This document shows positions 1 through 13,548 of a stretch of DNA of 64,000 nucleotides, piece after piece. The number at the start of each line of letters is the position of its first letter. The first letter of the stretch is position 1. The DNA comes from Eledone cirrhosa (taxonomy: Eukaryota): positions 344,100,001 through 344,164,000 of the forward strand of contig OZ024741.1 in assembly GCA_964016885.1 (NCBI GenBank), written 5' to 3'. The notes beneath the pieces are model-generated. The model was not told where the DNA came from. It ran no database searches and saw nothing but the letters and a program-made list of their open reading frames with translations. A program made the translations under genes and the position numbers.

Positions 1-151
<151 letters not shown>

Positions 152-284
152 TTAAGGTACTCAATATATTAGTAGAGTGTAAACATCAAATGTAATATAG
201 AAATGGCTTCTACAGTACTAGAACTATTTCCTGGTGATTTCTTTCGAATCAAACACTTCTAGTCCTGTAGAAGCCATTTCTTTT

Positions 285-348
<64 letters not shown>

Positions 349-457
349 AGTAAATCTACCAAAATATACGGTAGTATCCAATCCGTATGAAGAACTCAAT
401 GTAATCCAAATGTAGAAGATATCATAAAGAGATGAAGAGAGGTGTATTCACAAGTTA

Positions 458-1200
458 ATGATAAAAATCATAGGAAAACAGAGTCAAGATAAACGACAAT
501 TCTTTGCTATCCTAGAGAAAAACTTCCCACCAAACCATCAAATTTTAAATAGATCTACTGTCAAATTTTCCTACTCCACTACCAAAAATATACAACAAAA
601 TATAAGTGCGTACAATGCATATACATGTAAAAAAACCCATAAATATACCACCAACACATCAAACCAACCATAATAATACTAAAATAAACTGTAACAAACC
701 ATCATCTGATTCACCTATAACAAGTCCTATAAACTCCACACCAAATTTGACTAACTCCCCTGATATAATATTTACGAATGGTTGTAACTGTAGAATCAAA
801 GAAATTGCCCATTAAAAGAAAATTGTCTTATTAATAACATAGTCTATAAACGTAAAATCAGCACTAAGGACTCCACTCATTCATATATAGGAGCTACGTC
901 TAACCAATTTAAAGTAAGATTTAATACCCACAAACAGTTTTAAAAATGCCGCATTAACTAATACAACATACTTGGCTGAAAAAAATTTATAATTATAGAA
1001 AGAAGAACATCGATTATAACCTGACCTGGAGCGTGCTCAAAAGGGCCACCCCTTATCAAAATAGCAGATACGAGTGTACGTTATGCTCCCAAAAACTTTT
1101 TGAAATCATGAAATCTAAGGATATCCTATTAAATAAGCGACAGGAATTAATTATATCTTACAATCATAGAATTAGAAGAACCTTCAAATATTATAAACCT
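458..1200 (+). pseudogene. Penelope-like element C-terminal region with GIY-YIG endonuclease, frameshifted and 5'-truncated
   Basis: Joined frames read LEKNFPPNHQILNRSTVKFSYS, GCNCR...CLINNIVYK...HSYIGATSNQFKVRFNTH, typical of the PLE linker plus GIY-YIG domain. Followed by an AT-rich 3' region with a hammerhead at 2115-2249. Confidence 0.85.
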
Positions 1201-1520
1201 AATTAATATATACCTTACTCTTATTTTTTACAAATTATTATAATTGTTTTTTTTTCTATTTAGTTAACCTATAATTAATATTTTACTAAAGAGAATTTTA
1301 TAATTTTATTACAGCTCTCTTTTCCTAAAATTACTTTTAACCACACTAGTTCAATTAATCGCATCGCCTATTTATCACATTTAATACCTATGATTATTAA
1401 ATATAATTATTATCTTTAATATCATCAATGTCCGTATAGATACAATACTCTTTATAAAAATGTTTATCTACTTCAGTTTTTCCATATATTTATTTTTTTA
1501 TTGCTTTAATTTCATACTTC

Positions 1521-1898
1521 TTTATTTATCACATTCATATGAATTAATATAATTTTATCCCTGTAAGTATACCTATAAATTAATTTAATTTCCTGTTATG
1601 AATCTAGAGTATTTTTAGTTTAAATAAGATTGGTATTTCTCACTAATACCCTTATCCCAAAATTTTATTTTCCTCGGTTCTTAACAACATTCTTTAATAA
1701 CATCAAATTTTTATTTATCACATTCATATGAATTAATATAACTTTATCCCTGTAAGTATACCTATCAATTAATTTAATTCCTTGTTATGTATCTAGATTC
1801 CTTGTGGTTTAAATAAGATTGGTATTTCTCACTAATACCCTTACCCCAAAATTTTATTTTCCTTCGTTTTTAACAACATTCTTTAATAATCAAATTTT
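1521..1898 (+). repeat. Tandem duplication of a ~190-bp unit in the PLE 3' region
   Basis: 1521-1710 and 1711-1898 both start TTATTTATCACATTCATATGAATTAATATAA and align throughout with scattered substitutions. Confidence 0.92.
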
Positions 1899-2114
1899 CA
1901 TGTACCCTTCACTATCTTCTTGACTTGACCTCATTTCATCCCCATTGTAGTCTTTTCATTCAAAGCATAAGTCTGCATTCCTCCACTCCTAGATTTAATT
2001 TTCTACTACTATTATTCTATCAACTTGACCTCAAACTCCTTTTCCATTGGTCAATTTAAAACCTGTTCCCAAACAAACTTTTTATATTAATTCTTTGTTC
2101 AATAAACACATCTC

Positions 2115-2249
2115 ATCATTTCTGAGGACGGCATGTATATGTGAAGGTATGTATATTTTCACGGATAATTTGTAATATTTTTAGATAGATCTTAAACATG
2201 ATATACATACCAATATACATATACATCCCAGAAACGATCGTAAAATGAT
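2115..2249 (+). ncRNA. Type I hammerhead ribozyme with extended stem II
   Basis: ATCATTT-CTGAGGA-[~100-nt stem II incl. GGTATGTATAT/ATATACATACC]-GAAA-CGATCG-TA-AAATGAT. Confidence 0.8.
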
Positions 2250-2477
2250 AAATTTTTTAATATAAGGAACTTGTTCTTTGTTTTTATTTCATTGTTTTTA
2301 TTAATTTATATATATATATATATATGTATCTTAATGTTTGTTGGTTCACCACTGGATAGAACTGGTCATTCCGTATGGTCAATCCTGGTGTAATATTGTT
2401 AAGAGTACTCAATGATCATAGTATAATAAACCTTTCAAGGATTTACACCAGTCCAGCCTGCTGTTATTTCATTTATA

Positions 2478-2536
<59 letters not shown>

Positions 2537-2627
2537 CGAAGGAAATGTGGTAAGGAACCAGGTGGACCATAACGCACCAAAGTACTCAATACTTGAGGTA
2601 GTAGAGTGGGTAATAGGAACCAGTAAG

Positions 2628-2721
2628 ACCCCGACAGCTGAGCTCAAGCCGTTTCGACGGCTAATTCTGGACTAAATGAAAATTTATCCTGGTATTTAAA
2701 TAGCCGATCTTCTCAAGGGGT
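2628..2721 (-). ncRNA. Type I hammerhead ribozyme, U3:A8 core variant
   Basis: Reverse complement of 4128-4221. Confidence 0.72.
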
Positions 2722-4127
2722 AATTCCATATATGGTCAAAGTGATTGTCAAAAATCAGTAGTAATTCTGTGGTTGCAAATTAGTAGGGGAGATGGTGGCT
2801 AAACCTGCCAGTAGGAGAAAGAGGGGAGGGGTGGAGTAGACCCAATCAAGCGTTGTAGTGCCAGCTACAGCTGGGCATGAGGTCAAAGAAGATACAGGGG
2901 AGGGGGAGGGGGAGGAAGTCGGAACGGTAGGTAGAACAATGGGGGGTAGAAATATATAGGAAAGAAAAAATACTGAGAGTGAAGAAAAGCAAATAAGTGT
3001 AAAGAAAAAAGTAAAGTAAATTAAATTCTACGACCTAGGTCTCAGGCTATTGTTAGGCTAGAATAAAATAAATAAAGAAAGAAAGAAGTAAAGAAATAAA
3101 TAAATAAAGAAATAACGAAATAAGTAAAAGAACTAGGTGGGACGGATAAGGCAAGGACCCTTTTAAGAGGTATAAGTACGTAAATGATACGGTGACGGGT
3201 CAACAAAAGGGGCCAAAATACTAAAGAGACTACCACGAAATAAACAATAAAGGTTTCCATCCCGGGCCAGCAACGACCCAGTGCAGCAAAGTGAACTTGT
3301 ACGAGATAATAATTCTGAGTCCCGAGAAAAATATATACTAATGCTAACTCTAAAAGATCTAAAACAAGCTACATGAAAGTTCGTACGAAATAAAGGTAGA
3401 ATACGGAGAAATAAATTCAGAATCCACCCCGCCCAGAAGAAAAGCGAAGCAAGAAATACTGAAACGAAAAAATAAGGCATAAGTGCCACTAAGAAATATA
3501 GAGGGCACAGAGAATAGTGGGAGCGGTCGGAAAAAGGGGGCAAGTATCCGGGGTCTAAGCCAACTGCTATAAAGGGCGGAGTCCGCCAAATCTATCATAG
3601 ACTAGGGGAGGGGGTGGTGGGGGTACTAAGGCTACATGGGGCCAAAGGGCAGCCTCGGGTGGGCGAGAAAAGACGCCGACAAAGGAGAAGAGCTGGGGTA
3701 GAAGGACTAAGGAGAGAGGGGGGAAGGAAATAAAGGAAGCGATAAAAAGAATACAAAGAAGATCTTTCTTTCTTTATTTATTTTATTCTAGCCTAACAAT
3801 AGCCTGAGACCTAGGTCGTAGAATTTAATTTACTTTACTTTTTTCTTTACACTTATTTGCTTTTCTTCACTCTCAGTATTTTTTCTTTCCTATATATTTC
3901 TACCCCCCATGTTCTACCTACCGTTCCGACTTCCTCCCCCTCCCCCTCCCCTGTATCTTCTTTGACCTCATGCCCAGCTGTAGCTGGCACTACCAACGCT
4001 TGATTGGGTCTACTCCACCCCTCCCCTATTTCTCCTACTGGCAGGTTTAGCCACCATCTCCCCTACTAATTTGCAACCACAGAATTACTACTGATTTTTG
4101 ACAATCACTTTGACCATATATGGAATT

Positions 4128-4221
4128 ACCCCTTGAGAAGATCGGCTATTTAAATACCAGGATAAATTTTCATTTAGTCCAGAATTAGCCGTCGAAACGG
4201 CTTGAGCTCAGCTGTCGGGGT
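4128..4221 (+). ncRNA. Type I hammerhead ribozyme, U3:A8 core variant
   Basis: ACCCC-TTGAGAA-GATCGGCTA...TAGCCGTC-GAAA-CGGCTTGAGCTCAGCTG-TC-GGGGT. Confidence 0.72.
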
Positions 4222-4231
4222 CTTACCGGTT

Positions 4232-4314
<83 letters not shown>

Positions 4315-6661
4315 AGATCAAAAGATGGTTAAAGGAGTTCCATGTATTTTATTATGCGCATTTCAAAAACAAACATCATCATGCAATAATATTTGTGTTT
4401 TCATCAGATAAAACAGGAGAACATGATATGAAGGCTAAAAAACACTTGTGGATAGTGCAGTTTTAAATCAACATATGAAAAGTGGTTTTAGATTGATGTG
4501 TGATATTGGGAAAAATATTTTATTTAGAGAGGGGGGGGGGGGTGAAAAAGGTCCTTACAACCTTTGTCAAACCCGTCCTCCGTATTGATTTCTCTACCTA
4601 CGTGGATATTCATTACAAAACTCGAGGACGTGCGAAGGCCATGAATACAACCACGTTATTCAAACCAAACAAAAAAGAAACCTGTATAATATCTAGTTAT
4701 TAATATATAATTATTCAGAGAAATAGATGAGGATTTGACTAGAGATGAAAGTCAACATTTTGCAAAGAATAAGAGTTTTAAACAATAGAATGTTTAATGT
4801 AAAACAAAATATATGCTAAGCAATCAAAATGATTGATAGTGAATATATCATATTCGAACGGGGGAATATTAGGCACGATAATACAGAGTGATATTAGTAT
4901 ATTATATGTACAGATTCTACATGGAGTTGCGACCGATAGATAGTATTAGCAATTGGAAAGACCAATGGAAACATTGTTTCCTCGGTCCGATTTGATAAAA
5001 GTCGATGGTTCCTATGAACAGATTGAGTGAAAAAATAAGTAATAAATACAAGTAATTGATATCTTAGAGAAAAGAGACATGGACAGCTCCATGGTTCCTC
5101 TTAGCCAAGTCATCGATGCTGGTGGTGGAAAACGAGGAAGAACACATGACTTATGGCGTATCCAAACCCGGAAATATGATTCAACTGCTTGCAACTGAGT
5201 TGTCTCTGCTAGGGGTACTAAGGTGCCAGGCTGTGATATTGAATCTAAGGTAAAAATTCTGGATCGTGTTCTAATGTAGCGTTATGTTTCGATCAGTTAC
5301 ATTCCCGAGTGTCATTAGGTGTCTTATGCTTGGAATATGTAATACTCTCGGATTATATTTACATCTGATTAGAATTAGTTTTCGTGAAGTGTTATGCTCT
5401 ACGGCTATGTCAATATAATCTATTACGTATATGGAAGCATAATTAGTCCGACTGTGAAAGCTACACAGTTTTACATACACGTAATTGATTGCATCATTTA
5501 CTGCATGGTGTAAATGACTCATTAACATTGATCACGTTTCCTCAGAATGACACAATTCTCTGCATATGTCAAATGCTTCACAAAACTTCCATTGCTGAAT
5601 ATGTAAACGTGTTAGAAATACATTGCGTCCTAGGGTAGCCGAAGAAATCTAGAAGGCGTGATAATTTGTGCAACGTTCAGTTGTTCTCATGCACAAGCGT
5701 TTTACTGGAAATAATCTTCTGAGCGGGACTAGGTTTATTTACATATATATAATAGATTGCATCTTATGCGGGGAAGTTTAATGCATAATTACACTATATT
5801 CTGTATTATTGTATTTACGTAATCTTCTCATCACGACTAAATGTGTTTACATACGGAGCCTTAGCATGGCATTAGTCTTAATATTTAATACAAGCTAAGA
5901 CAAGAACTAGAGAATACAATAGATTGACGTGTAGTTTAATGAATAATTAAATTATCTTCTTTTTGTTTCGTGTATACAATCTCCACAACAAAAGTATGTT
6001 TTCCTACATATAATAGATTATGTTATGTACTGTTGGGAGTATCTTACAAGTATGCTATCTTCTGCATTGTTGTTAAAATGTAATCTTCACATGAAGAGCA
6101 AATACAGCTATATGTGTATAATAAACTATGGCATATGCAGTGATGCTATATATAATTGCAACCAATAACACTCACGAAGACCCTGTAAGTCGCTTTTGAA
6201 TATGCTAAATATAACAGCCAAGTATTTCTATATTATACTCTACCGTCATAAAATACGATATACACTTCGGACAATATAGGCAAAAATATACAAATTTGCG
6301 TGTTAAGAACAACAAGAAAAATAGCAGCTTTACACCAAACTTTAACACCAAAATATATATAATAAAACAATATAAAAGGATAAAGATCCCATAACTCCTT
6401 GTGGAGTTGTAGAGGCTCCGAAAATGGCATGTCTAGGGCACTTTTAAACCTGGTGGAGCCCAACCCTCTCCAGGTCTGAACACAGTCGATTTTTTCCATA
6501 GAGCAGGAATCAACCCCAGTACTGGACTGATACTTTTTTTATCGACCTCGAAAGAGTGAAAGGCAAAGTTGACCACGGCGGGATTTGAACTCAAAGCGTG
6601 CAATTAGGTGGGAGGAATACCGTAAACACTCTATCCGACGTCTTAACGACATTGTCTAATA

Positions 6662-6878
6662 AGGGTTTTTGTATAGGTATAAGGCCAACAGTTTGGGTAG
6701 AGGGGAGAGTCGATTAAATCGACCCCAGTGAGTGATTGGTACTTTATTTTATCGACCCTGTAAGGATGAAAGGAAAAGTTAATCTTGGCGGAATTTGATC
6801 TCAGATCATAAAGGGCCGTAACTCTATGCTGCAAAGCATGTTTTCCGACGCCCGACCGATACTGCCAATCCGCTGCCC
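6662..6878 (-). mobile_element. tRNA-derived SINE, dominant family of the window
   Basis: A-box-like TGGCAGTATCGG, B-box-like GTTCAAATCC (degenerate in this copy), core CCTTTCATCCTTACGGGGTCGATAAAATAAAGTACC resembling the Meta-SINE domain. Degenerate copies at about 6510-6650 and 7385-7540. Confidence 0.85.
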
Positions 6879-7888
6879 TTCACCGCCTAATAATGAAACA
6901 ATACCAATATCAATACTATAACGCCGGCAGTTATAAAAAATAACAGCTACAGATGTATATACAAAAGACGAAACCTTACTATATATAGCAAACAAGACAA
7001 CCTCTCCGGTCAACAAGAACACTTCTATTTGCTTGAAGTTGTAACCATAATTTGCTTCGAATCACGTTCTCTCATCTGAAAGAAAAAATAGACAATAGAT
7101 TAAAAAAGGCAGCTACAAGTAGAACTTTTTTGGTGCTAAATTAACTCGATCAGAGTTGAATTGGATCAAAACAAAAATAACAACTGTATTACATATAACA
7201 AATATTCTTCTTTCAATTTGGTAACTCCTGGTAGGGCTGTATAAGAGTCGCTGTGTCATACGGCGTATTGAGGACATTTTAAACCTCGCGAAGTCCATCT
7301 CCTCTCTAGGTATGAACAGAACCGATTTCTCCGAGAGAAAGAGAGGATATGGTAGAAAGGATGTGAGAAAGAGACATAGAGAAATACTCGACCTCAGTAA
7401 CTAACTGGTACTTTTTTTATCGATCTCAAAAGGATGAAAAGTAAAGTTGGCCTCAACGGGAGTTGATATGAGAGCGCAATGAGCCGGAAGACATATTACA
7501 AAGTATATTATACAACCTTCTAACGACTCGGCCATTCGCCACTAACACAAACAACAACTCCAATTCTATGAAAGCAACAATAATATGATATTCTTTAATG
7601 GCTAAAATAAGGATTCTGAGATTGATCTGAGACTTAAATGTTGCTGTAGTTGGAAAGAGTACAGTTATTCTAAGATCCAAGACCTTGCTCTAAATGCTTT
7701 CAACAAAGAGGACTCCATTAAAAGTAAGGTATAACTTATACCACTTACATTAAAAACTCATGTTTGGTTGCTCTAAGTGATCGATCGCACCATAGTAAAT
7801 AAGAGCCGAATCTCCATCAAATTTAATAAATCTGTCGGGGGCATTCCAAGCAACAGCGCATATATATATATATGTATAAAATACGTAG

Positions 7889-8002
7889 TTAAACACTGTG
7901 AGTACACAACGACTTAAAATACGTCACCACACAAATTCAGGTATATATGTCTGTATATGTATGTATATGTATGTATTCGCATGTATCTGTGTATTTCTTT
8001 TT

Positions 8003-8061
<59 letters not shown>

Positions 8062-8454
8062 GCATATATGTACCCGTGTGTGTACATATGTGTGCACGCA
8101 CACACGCACGCACACACATGCATAAGAACAAAAGCACTCACTCACTCACACACATACACACACACACACACGCATACATATATATATATGCACGCGTATA
8201 TATATATATATATGTGTATGTGTGTGAGTGAGTGAGTGCTTTTGTGCTTATGCATGTGTGTGCGTGCGTGTGTGCGTGCACACATATGTACACACACGGG
8301 TACATATATGCATATGTATATATATATATATATATACAATAAAAAGAAATACACAGATACATGCGAATACATACATATACATACATATACAGACATATAT
8401 ACCTGAATTTGTGTGGTGACGTATTTTAAGTCGTTGTGTACTCACAGTGTTTAA
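7889..8454. repeat. Fold-back inverted duplication of ~565 bp
   Basis: TTAAACACTGTGAGTACACAACGACTTAAAATACGTCACC at 7889 is mirrored ending at 8454. The arms differ mainly in (AT)n length. Confidence 0.92.
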
Positions 8455-8477
8455 ATATTTCGCATACGTAGTTAAAA

Positions 8478-8685
8478 TAATTGTTTCTACTTTTGGCACA
8501 AGGCCAGCAATTATTCCAGTGTATTACTGGTACTTTATTTTATCGACCCGTTAAGGATGAAAGGCAAAGTTAACCTCGGCGGGTCTTGAACTCAGTCCGT
8601 AAAGGGACGTAACTGTGCTGCAAAGCATGGCGTCCGACCCTCTACTGATATCGGACCCTCTACTGATATGGCGTCCGACCCTCTA
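8478..8685 (-). mobile_element. tRNA-SINE copy, 5'-truncated, with candidate AATAAT target duplication
   Basis: Matches the SINE family. An empty paralogous site exists at about 9949-10174. Confidence 0.85.
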
Positions 8686-8862
8686 ATAATATCGGACTGT
8701 TGGACGTCTACCCTCTATATTTGTCTTGCCATATTACTTAAGCAAATCACTCAGAAGGCTTTTTCCACAAGCTTTCCACGACAATTATTATTTCTCTGTG
8801 ATTTACAATGTAACCAACCCGCTCGCTCCCTTCTCCGTCTCTAGTTAATATTTATATATGTG

Positions 8863-9070
8863 TACTTTGCAAAAACACTACATCATAGGGATGCAGTATT
8901 TCTGTGAGGTTTGCCAGCTTATCAAGAGAATACCTCATTTAAAGTTTCAAAATACCTCTGCAAAGCGCCTTGCAGACGTATTTTGAAACATTAAATGAGG
9001 TATTCTCTTGATAAGCTGGCAAACCTCGCAGAAATACTGCATCTCTATGATGTAGTATTTTTGCAAAGTA
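8863..9070. repeat. 208-bp near-perfect hairpin (MITE-like)
   Basis: TACTTTGCAAAAA...GAATACCTCATTTAA pairs with TTAAATGAGGTATTC...TTTTTGCAAAGTA. The inner stem closes on the loop AGCGCC. Confidence 0.85.
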
Positions 9071-9160
9071 GCCGCGAAACTGTACAGTCGAGAATGTAGA
9101 GGAATATTGGGTATTTATATTGTTTTCTTTATGTCTAATGTTTCTTCTTTCTTTATAATG

Positions 9161-9217
<57 letters not shown>

Positions 9218-10367
9218 GGGGGGGGGGTGTATATATATATATAACAGAAAACAATACTGAATTAAGAGAAATATAAATAAATAAATATATACACAAGTAC
9301 AATAAAAACAAACACATATAAACACACACTAGTAAATAAAGATAGAATACAAAGCCAAAACGCATGCACTCAAACGCGAACACACCAAACATTATACACA
9401 CACGCAAAGGCATGGGCAGAGACGGAAACAAGAAAAAATGAAATAAATAAATAAAATAAAAATGGCGTAGACGTTACAATACAATACAATAGGAGGGAAC
9501 ATAATAATAGTACCACGGATGCTGTTGCAGATGTGTAACGAAAGAACTTTGATAGACTATATATATATATTTATATCTGTATTTGTAACCGCTGGTCAAT
9601 CAATGATAAACATTGATTGCAATATGAATTAACTATGAAGATATAAAAGATACAGAAGCGAAAACCAACCAAACAGTGAGTGTGTTCTGTTATTATTTCT
9701 GGCAATATTATTACAACAATATGACCCTCCCCAATTATAACAATATGCATATATATATAATAGTTAGGCGAGAATAATATTTCACCGAGATTGCACAAAT
9801 TAGTAGGTATTCGGTGCTATGACTAAGTGTATTTGAATTAAACAAACGAATAGAACGATCCCCAATCAGTTAAATAAGATATGAAATATTTATATGTGAG
9901 ATTTGACGTTCAATATTTGTTTTATTTACCACATAACACCGAGTATATGTTAAGTCGTTGTGTACTCACAGTGTTTAAATATTTCGCATACGTAGTTAAA
10001 ATAATATCGGACTGTTGGACGTCTACCCTCTATATTTGTCTTGCCATATTACTTAAGCAAATCACTAAGAAGGCTTTTTCCACAAGCTTTCCACGACAAT
10101 TATTATTCTCTGATTTACAATGTAACCAATCCGCTCGCTCCCTTCTCCGTCTCTAGTTAATATTTATATATGTGTATATATATATATATTAGTTATTAAT
10201 TTATCAATGAAAATAATAACAAAGTTATTTTACTCTGTATCTAAGGAATTAACTCAGCGGAACACGGAACCTTTCTATGAATTTCACTGAATTACTCGCT
10301 ATCAGATTACATTGAGTTCTATCTACGGTACGGACCCTACCACGAAGGGTAGACGGCATTGAAAAAA

Positions 10368-10421
<54 letters not shown>

Positions 10422-10480
10422 ATGGACGAAACGTGCGTTAATTAAATTATAATGTAATTAACAGTCTTTGGTCTTATTTT

Positions 10481-10511
<31 letters not shown>

Positions 10512-10516
10512 GAGAG

Positions 10517-10563
<47 letters not shown>

Positions 10564-11300
10564 TAGAGGGAGAGGAGGTAGAAATTCGTTTTCGTATATA
10601 AAAACTGAAGAGATTTAAGTGAAAAGGTTATATCAGCTCAAAATACGATATTTATTACAATAAACTGTACACATGACTACATACAATTTTTTTATAAACA
10701 TGATTTCCTAATATGCAAATTTATCCACAGGTTCAGCAAATTTTACATCACATATATTACTAAATACTGTTAATTGTGTCATAATTTAATTTACATATGT
10801 TTCATCCTAATAGATATCGTCGGAATTAAATAAGATATAGATACTTCAACAGATTCATCTCAATTAACAACATAGTGTACCGGAAAACGTTTTATTTACA
10901 TTTTTAAAAAAAACGCGCCGTCATAATAGAAAATTGTCCATGACAAGTATTTCGCATTGGCACTCAAACGAATAATTATACAATAAAAGATTATTGTAAT
11001 CATAAGCAGTGTTTCTTTTTTGCCTGATACATTCTGTAAACATGCCAATGTTGTCTAGAAGGAGGGACAATGTAACATGTTCAATTATCGCACAACTACC
11101 TACATTCATACTAATATGCACAGTACAATAATACATATGAATACATTACTAAGAATTAGAGAACTAATCTTGTACAAACCATCAAAACCAGCGCAATAGA
11201 TACTAAGTTCATCCAGATACATGCCAAAATGTACAAATGCATACATCTACACACATACATATGCATATAAATCCACTCACACACACACACCTATATACCT

Positions 11301-11374
<74 letters not shown>

Positions 11375-11915
11375 GCATATATCAGTCAATATATACATAC
11401 ATATAAGCAAATGTATATAAATTGTCAGCTTTAATAAGAACATGACAGATTAATTGAGTGTGTATATATATATATACATACATATATATATATAACATTG
11501 AGATGGGTATAACACACACACACATTTTATTCGATTATTTTATTTTATTTTACTTTGTTCCTTTACCATCTTATTTCTTCTACCACTTTATCACTTTTAT
11601 TTTAGCTGACTCCAACAACAATACCACTACCAACATAAGAATAGAGGTCAGATGTACCTAACAATAACAAGAACAACAACTACAGATTGGCTTGCCTCAG
11701 AACGAATTTCTATAGACTTTTGACTGAGGAATGTTCTAACAACTGATCAATGAGAGGAGAAGAGGCCTTTGACGCTGAAATTCGTTTGTATAAATTCATA
11801 TGATTCCAGTTCCTCAGTGAAATAATAACCCAACCAGGAATTGGGCATATCAGAGTATTGACAAAGTTATACACCTCAACAACATGTGTACTCGTCTCTA
11901 CCACACTATTTCGGG

Positions 11916-11966
11916 CTGCCTGAAGAGGTCACAACCAAAGATGACTGTCACCGAAATATATTGCAG
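11916..11966 (+). ncRNA. Minimal type I hammerhead ribozyme
   Basis: CTGC-CTGAAGA-GGTCACA...TGTCACC-GAAA-TATA-TT-GCAG, followed by AATAAA and a tail ending in (AT)n. Confidence 0.78.
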
Positions 11967-12110
11967 TAATAAACGAAGCCAAATTTTAAACATTTGACTT
12001 ATTTATTTTATTTTAACTTACATTACTCCGGAGTAACCAAACCAACCTGCACACTTCGTCGAGTGCTCCAATCTGCATAGTAAGGTGTTGGTATACAACC
12101 AACATGTACT

Positions 12111-12183
<73 letters not shown>

Positions 12184-12232
12184 ATTAAATAATATTAAAT
12201 AAATGGAAAACTATATTTATAAAACCATATTT

Positions 12233-12296
12233 ATTTCATTATATATATTTCGGGGATATCATATTAACAATATGCTATGCCTTCATCAGACAAAAT
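12233..12296 (-). ncRNA. Minimal type I hammerhead ribozyme
   Basis: Reverse complement: ATTTTGT-CTGATGA-AGGCATAGCATATTG/TAATATGATATCCCC-GAAA-TATATA-TA-ATGAAAT. Related to 20848 and 48409. Confidence 0.7.
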
Positions 12297-12955
12297 ACAA
12301 TATAAACAGTTTTATAGATAAATATATTCGACATACCGTAATAAACATCAACTTCATTTGAAGAGGTTTACGCTAGCAGTGAAAATACAGAGAGAAAGAA
12401 AGAGAGAAAGAAAAGAGAGAAAAAAGAAAGAAAGAAAGACAAAACGAAGAAAAGGAAGAAAAAGAAGAAAAAGAAAAAGAAGAAATGCATGGAACAAAAT
12501 AGAGAGATGGAAAATAGATAAAGCGAAGAGCTTCATGTAAAGAGACAGAAAGAGATATATATATATATAGAGAGAGGAAATAGAGATAGATACATATATA
12601 TATATAGAAAATTAGGTAGTGGGAGGTCATTTTGAGTAAGTGTATCAATGATACATTTATTTATTTATTTACTTATTTATTTATTTATTTAGCTCAAGTA
12701 TTAATGTAAGGGAGATATATAGAGTTTAAATATAACTTTACATGTATATATATATATATATAGTAATAATAATAAATTTGAAGACTAAAATCCAAAGAGG
12801 GCTCGATAAGGATAATATATATCAAATATATAAGAACCCTAGAGCAAATATTTATTAAAATAACAGATTAAAGTTTAAGCAAAGAATCGCTGCTTTCACC
12901 CTCGCTTAAACTTTAATCTGTTATTTTAATAAATATATATATACATATATATATA

Positions 12956-12992
<37 letters not shown>

Positions 12993-13024
12993 AATTCGTA
13001 TATATATGTATATTGTAATTGTTT

Positions 13025-13060
<36 letters not shown>

Positions 13061-13061
<1 letters not shown>

Positions 13062-13139
13062 TGGGTCGTCAAGTATGAAATTCGTAGAAATTTGTAGAAT
13101 AAAAACAAATTTCTACAAATTTTATACTCAACGACCCAA
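13061..13139. mobile_element. Mariner-type miniature inverted-repeat element (79 bp)
   Basis: TA-TTGGGTCGT...ACGACCCAA-TA, with extended imperfect TIRs. Confidence 0.75.
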
Positions 13140-13156
13140 TATATATATATATTTTC

Positions 13157-13548
13157 TAGGGCGGGTAAAAATCCCGAGATCCATGGACGAGTTCTCTCCA
13201 GCGGTCTCTGTCCCTCATTATCGCTGCCATGCCCTGCGTCTCTAACAGACCAGTGTCTGTCCTTAGGGCATCAACATACGGTAACCTTGGTCTTCCTCTT
13301 CCAGTGTGTCATGTAGGGGATCCCACAGGAGCACTGAGTACAATGTCAACTCTGGATGTCGGTGAGCATGTCCAGCTCACCTCAGTCTCCTCTGTGTCAC
13401 TTTTGAGCTGACATTTGGGAGGGAGGCTCCCATACAGCTCTGAGTTTTTCATCCTCAGTGTATACTGATTAATGTTCAGAGCCATCCTCAGCATTCTCGT
13501 GTAGCACCCATCCACCATCTGAGTGAGTTTCTTGGTCAGTGTCCAAGT
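13157..13548 (-). mobile_element. RTE-clade LINE 3' fragment, internally deleted
   Basis: WTLTKKLTQMVDGCYTRMLRMALNI...NSELYGSLP, characteristic of the RTE C-terminal region. Confidence 0.75.

Larger units (their letters stand above)
2535..4235 (-). mobile_element. Non-coding PLE-type insertion with ~475-bp inverted pseudo-LTR arms, embedded in (AT)n
   Basis: About 2612-3086 is the reverse complement of about 3763-4235. The left arm carries an extra tail (2535-2611) that recurs at 18250-18355 and 47279-47350. Hammerhead in each arm. Confidence 0.85.

Noticed and set aside
3163-3598. ORFs inside the 2535-4235 fold-back element
   Set aside because: Low-complexity hydrophobic translations without RT or GIY-YIG motifs.
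7234-7315. Candidate small exons (7234-7309 +, about 39652-39685 -, about 45704-45745 -)
   Set aside because: Plausible AG/GT boundaries only, with no recognisable homology or consistent gene model.
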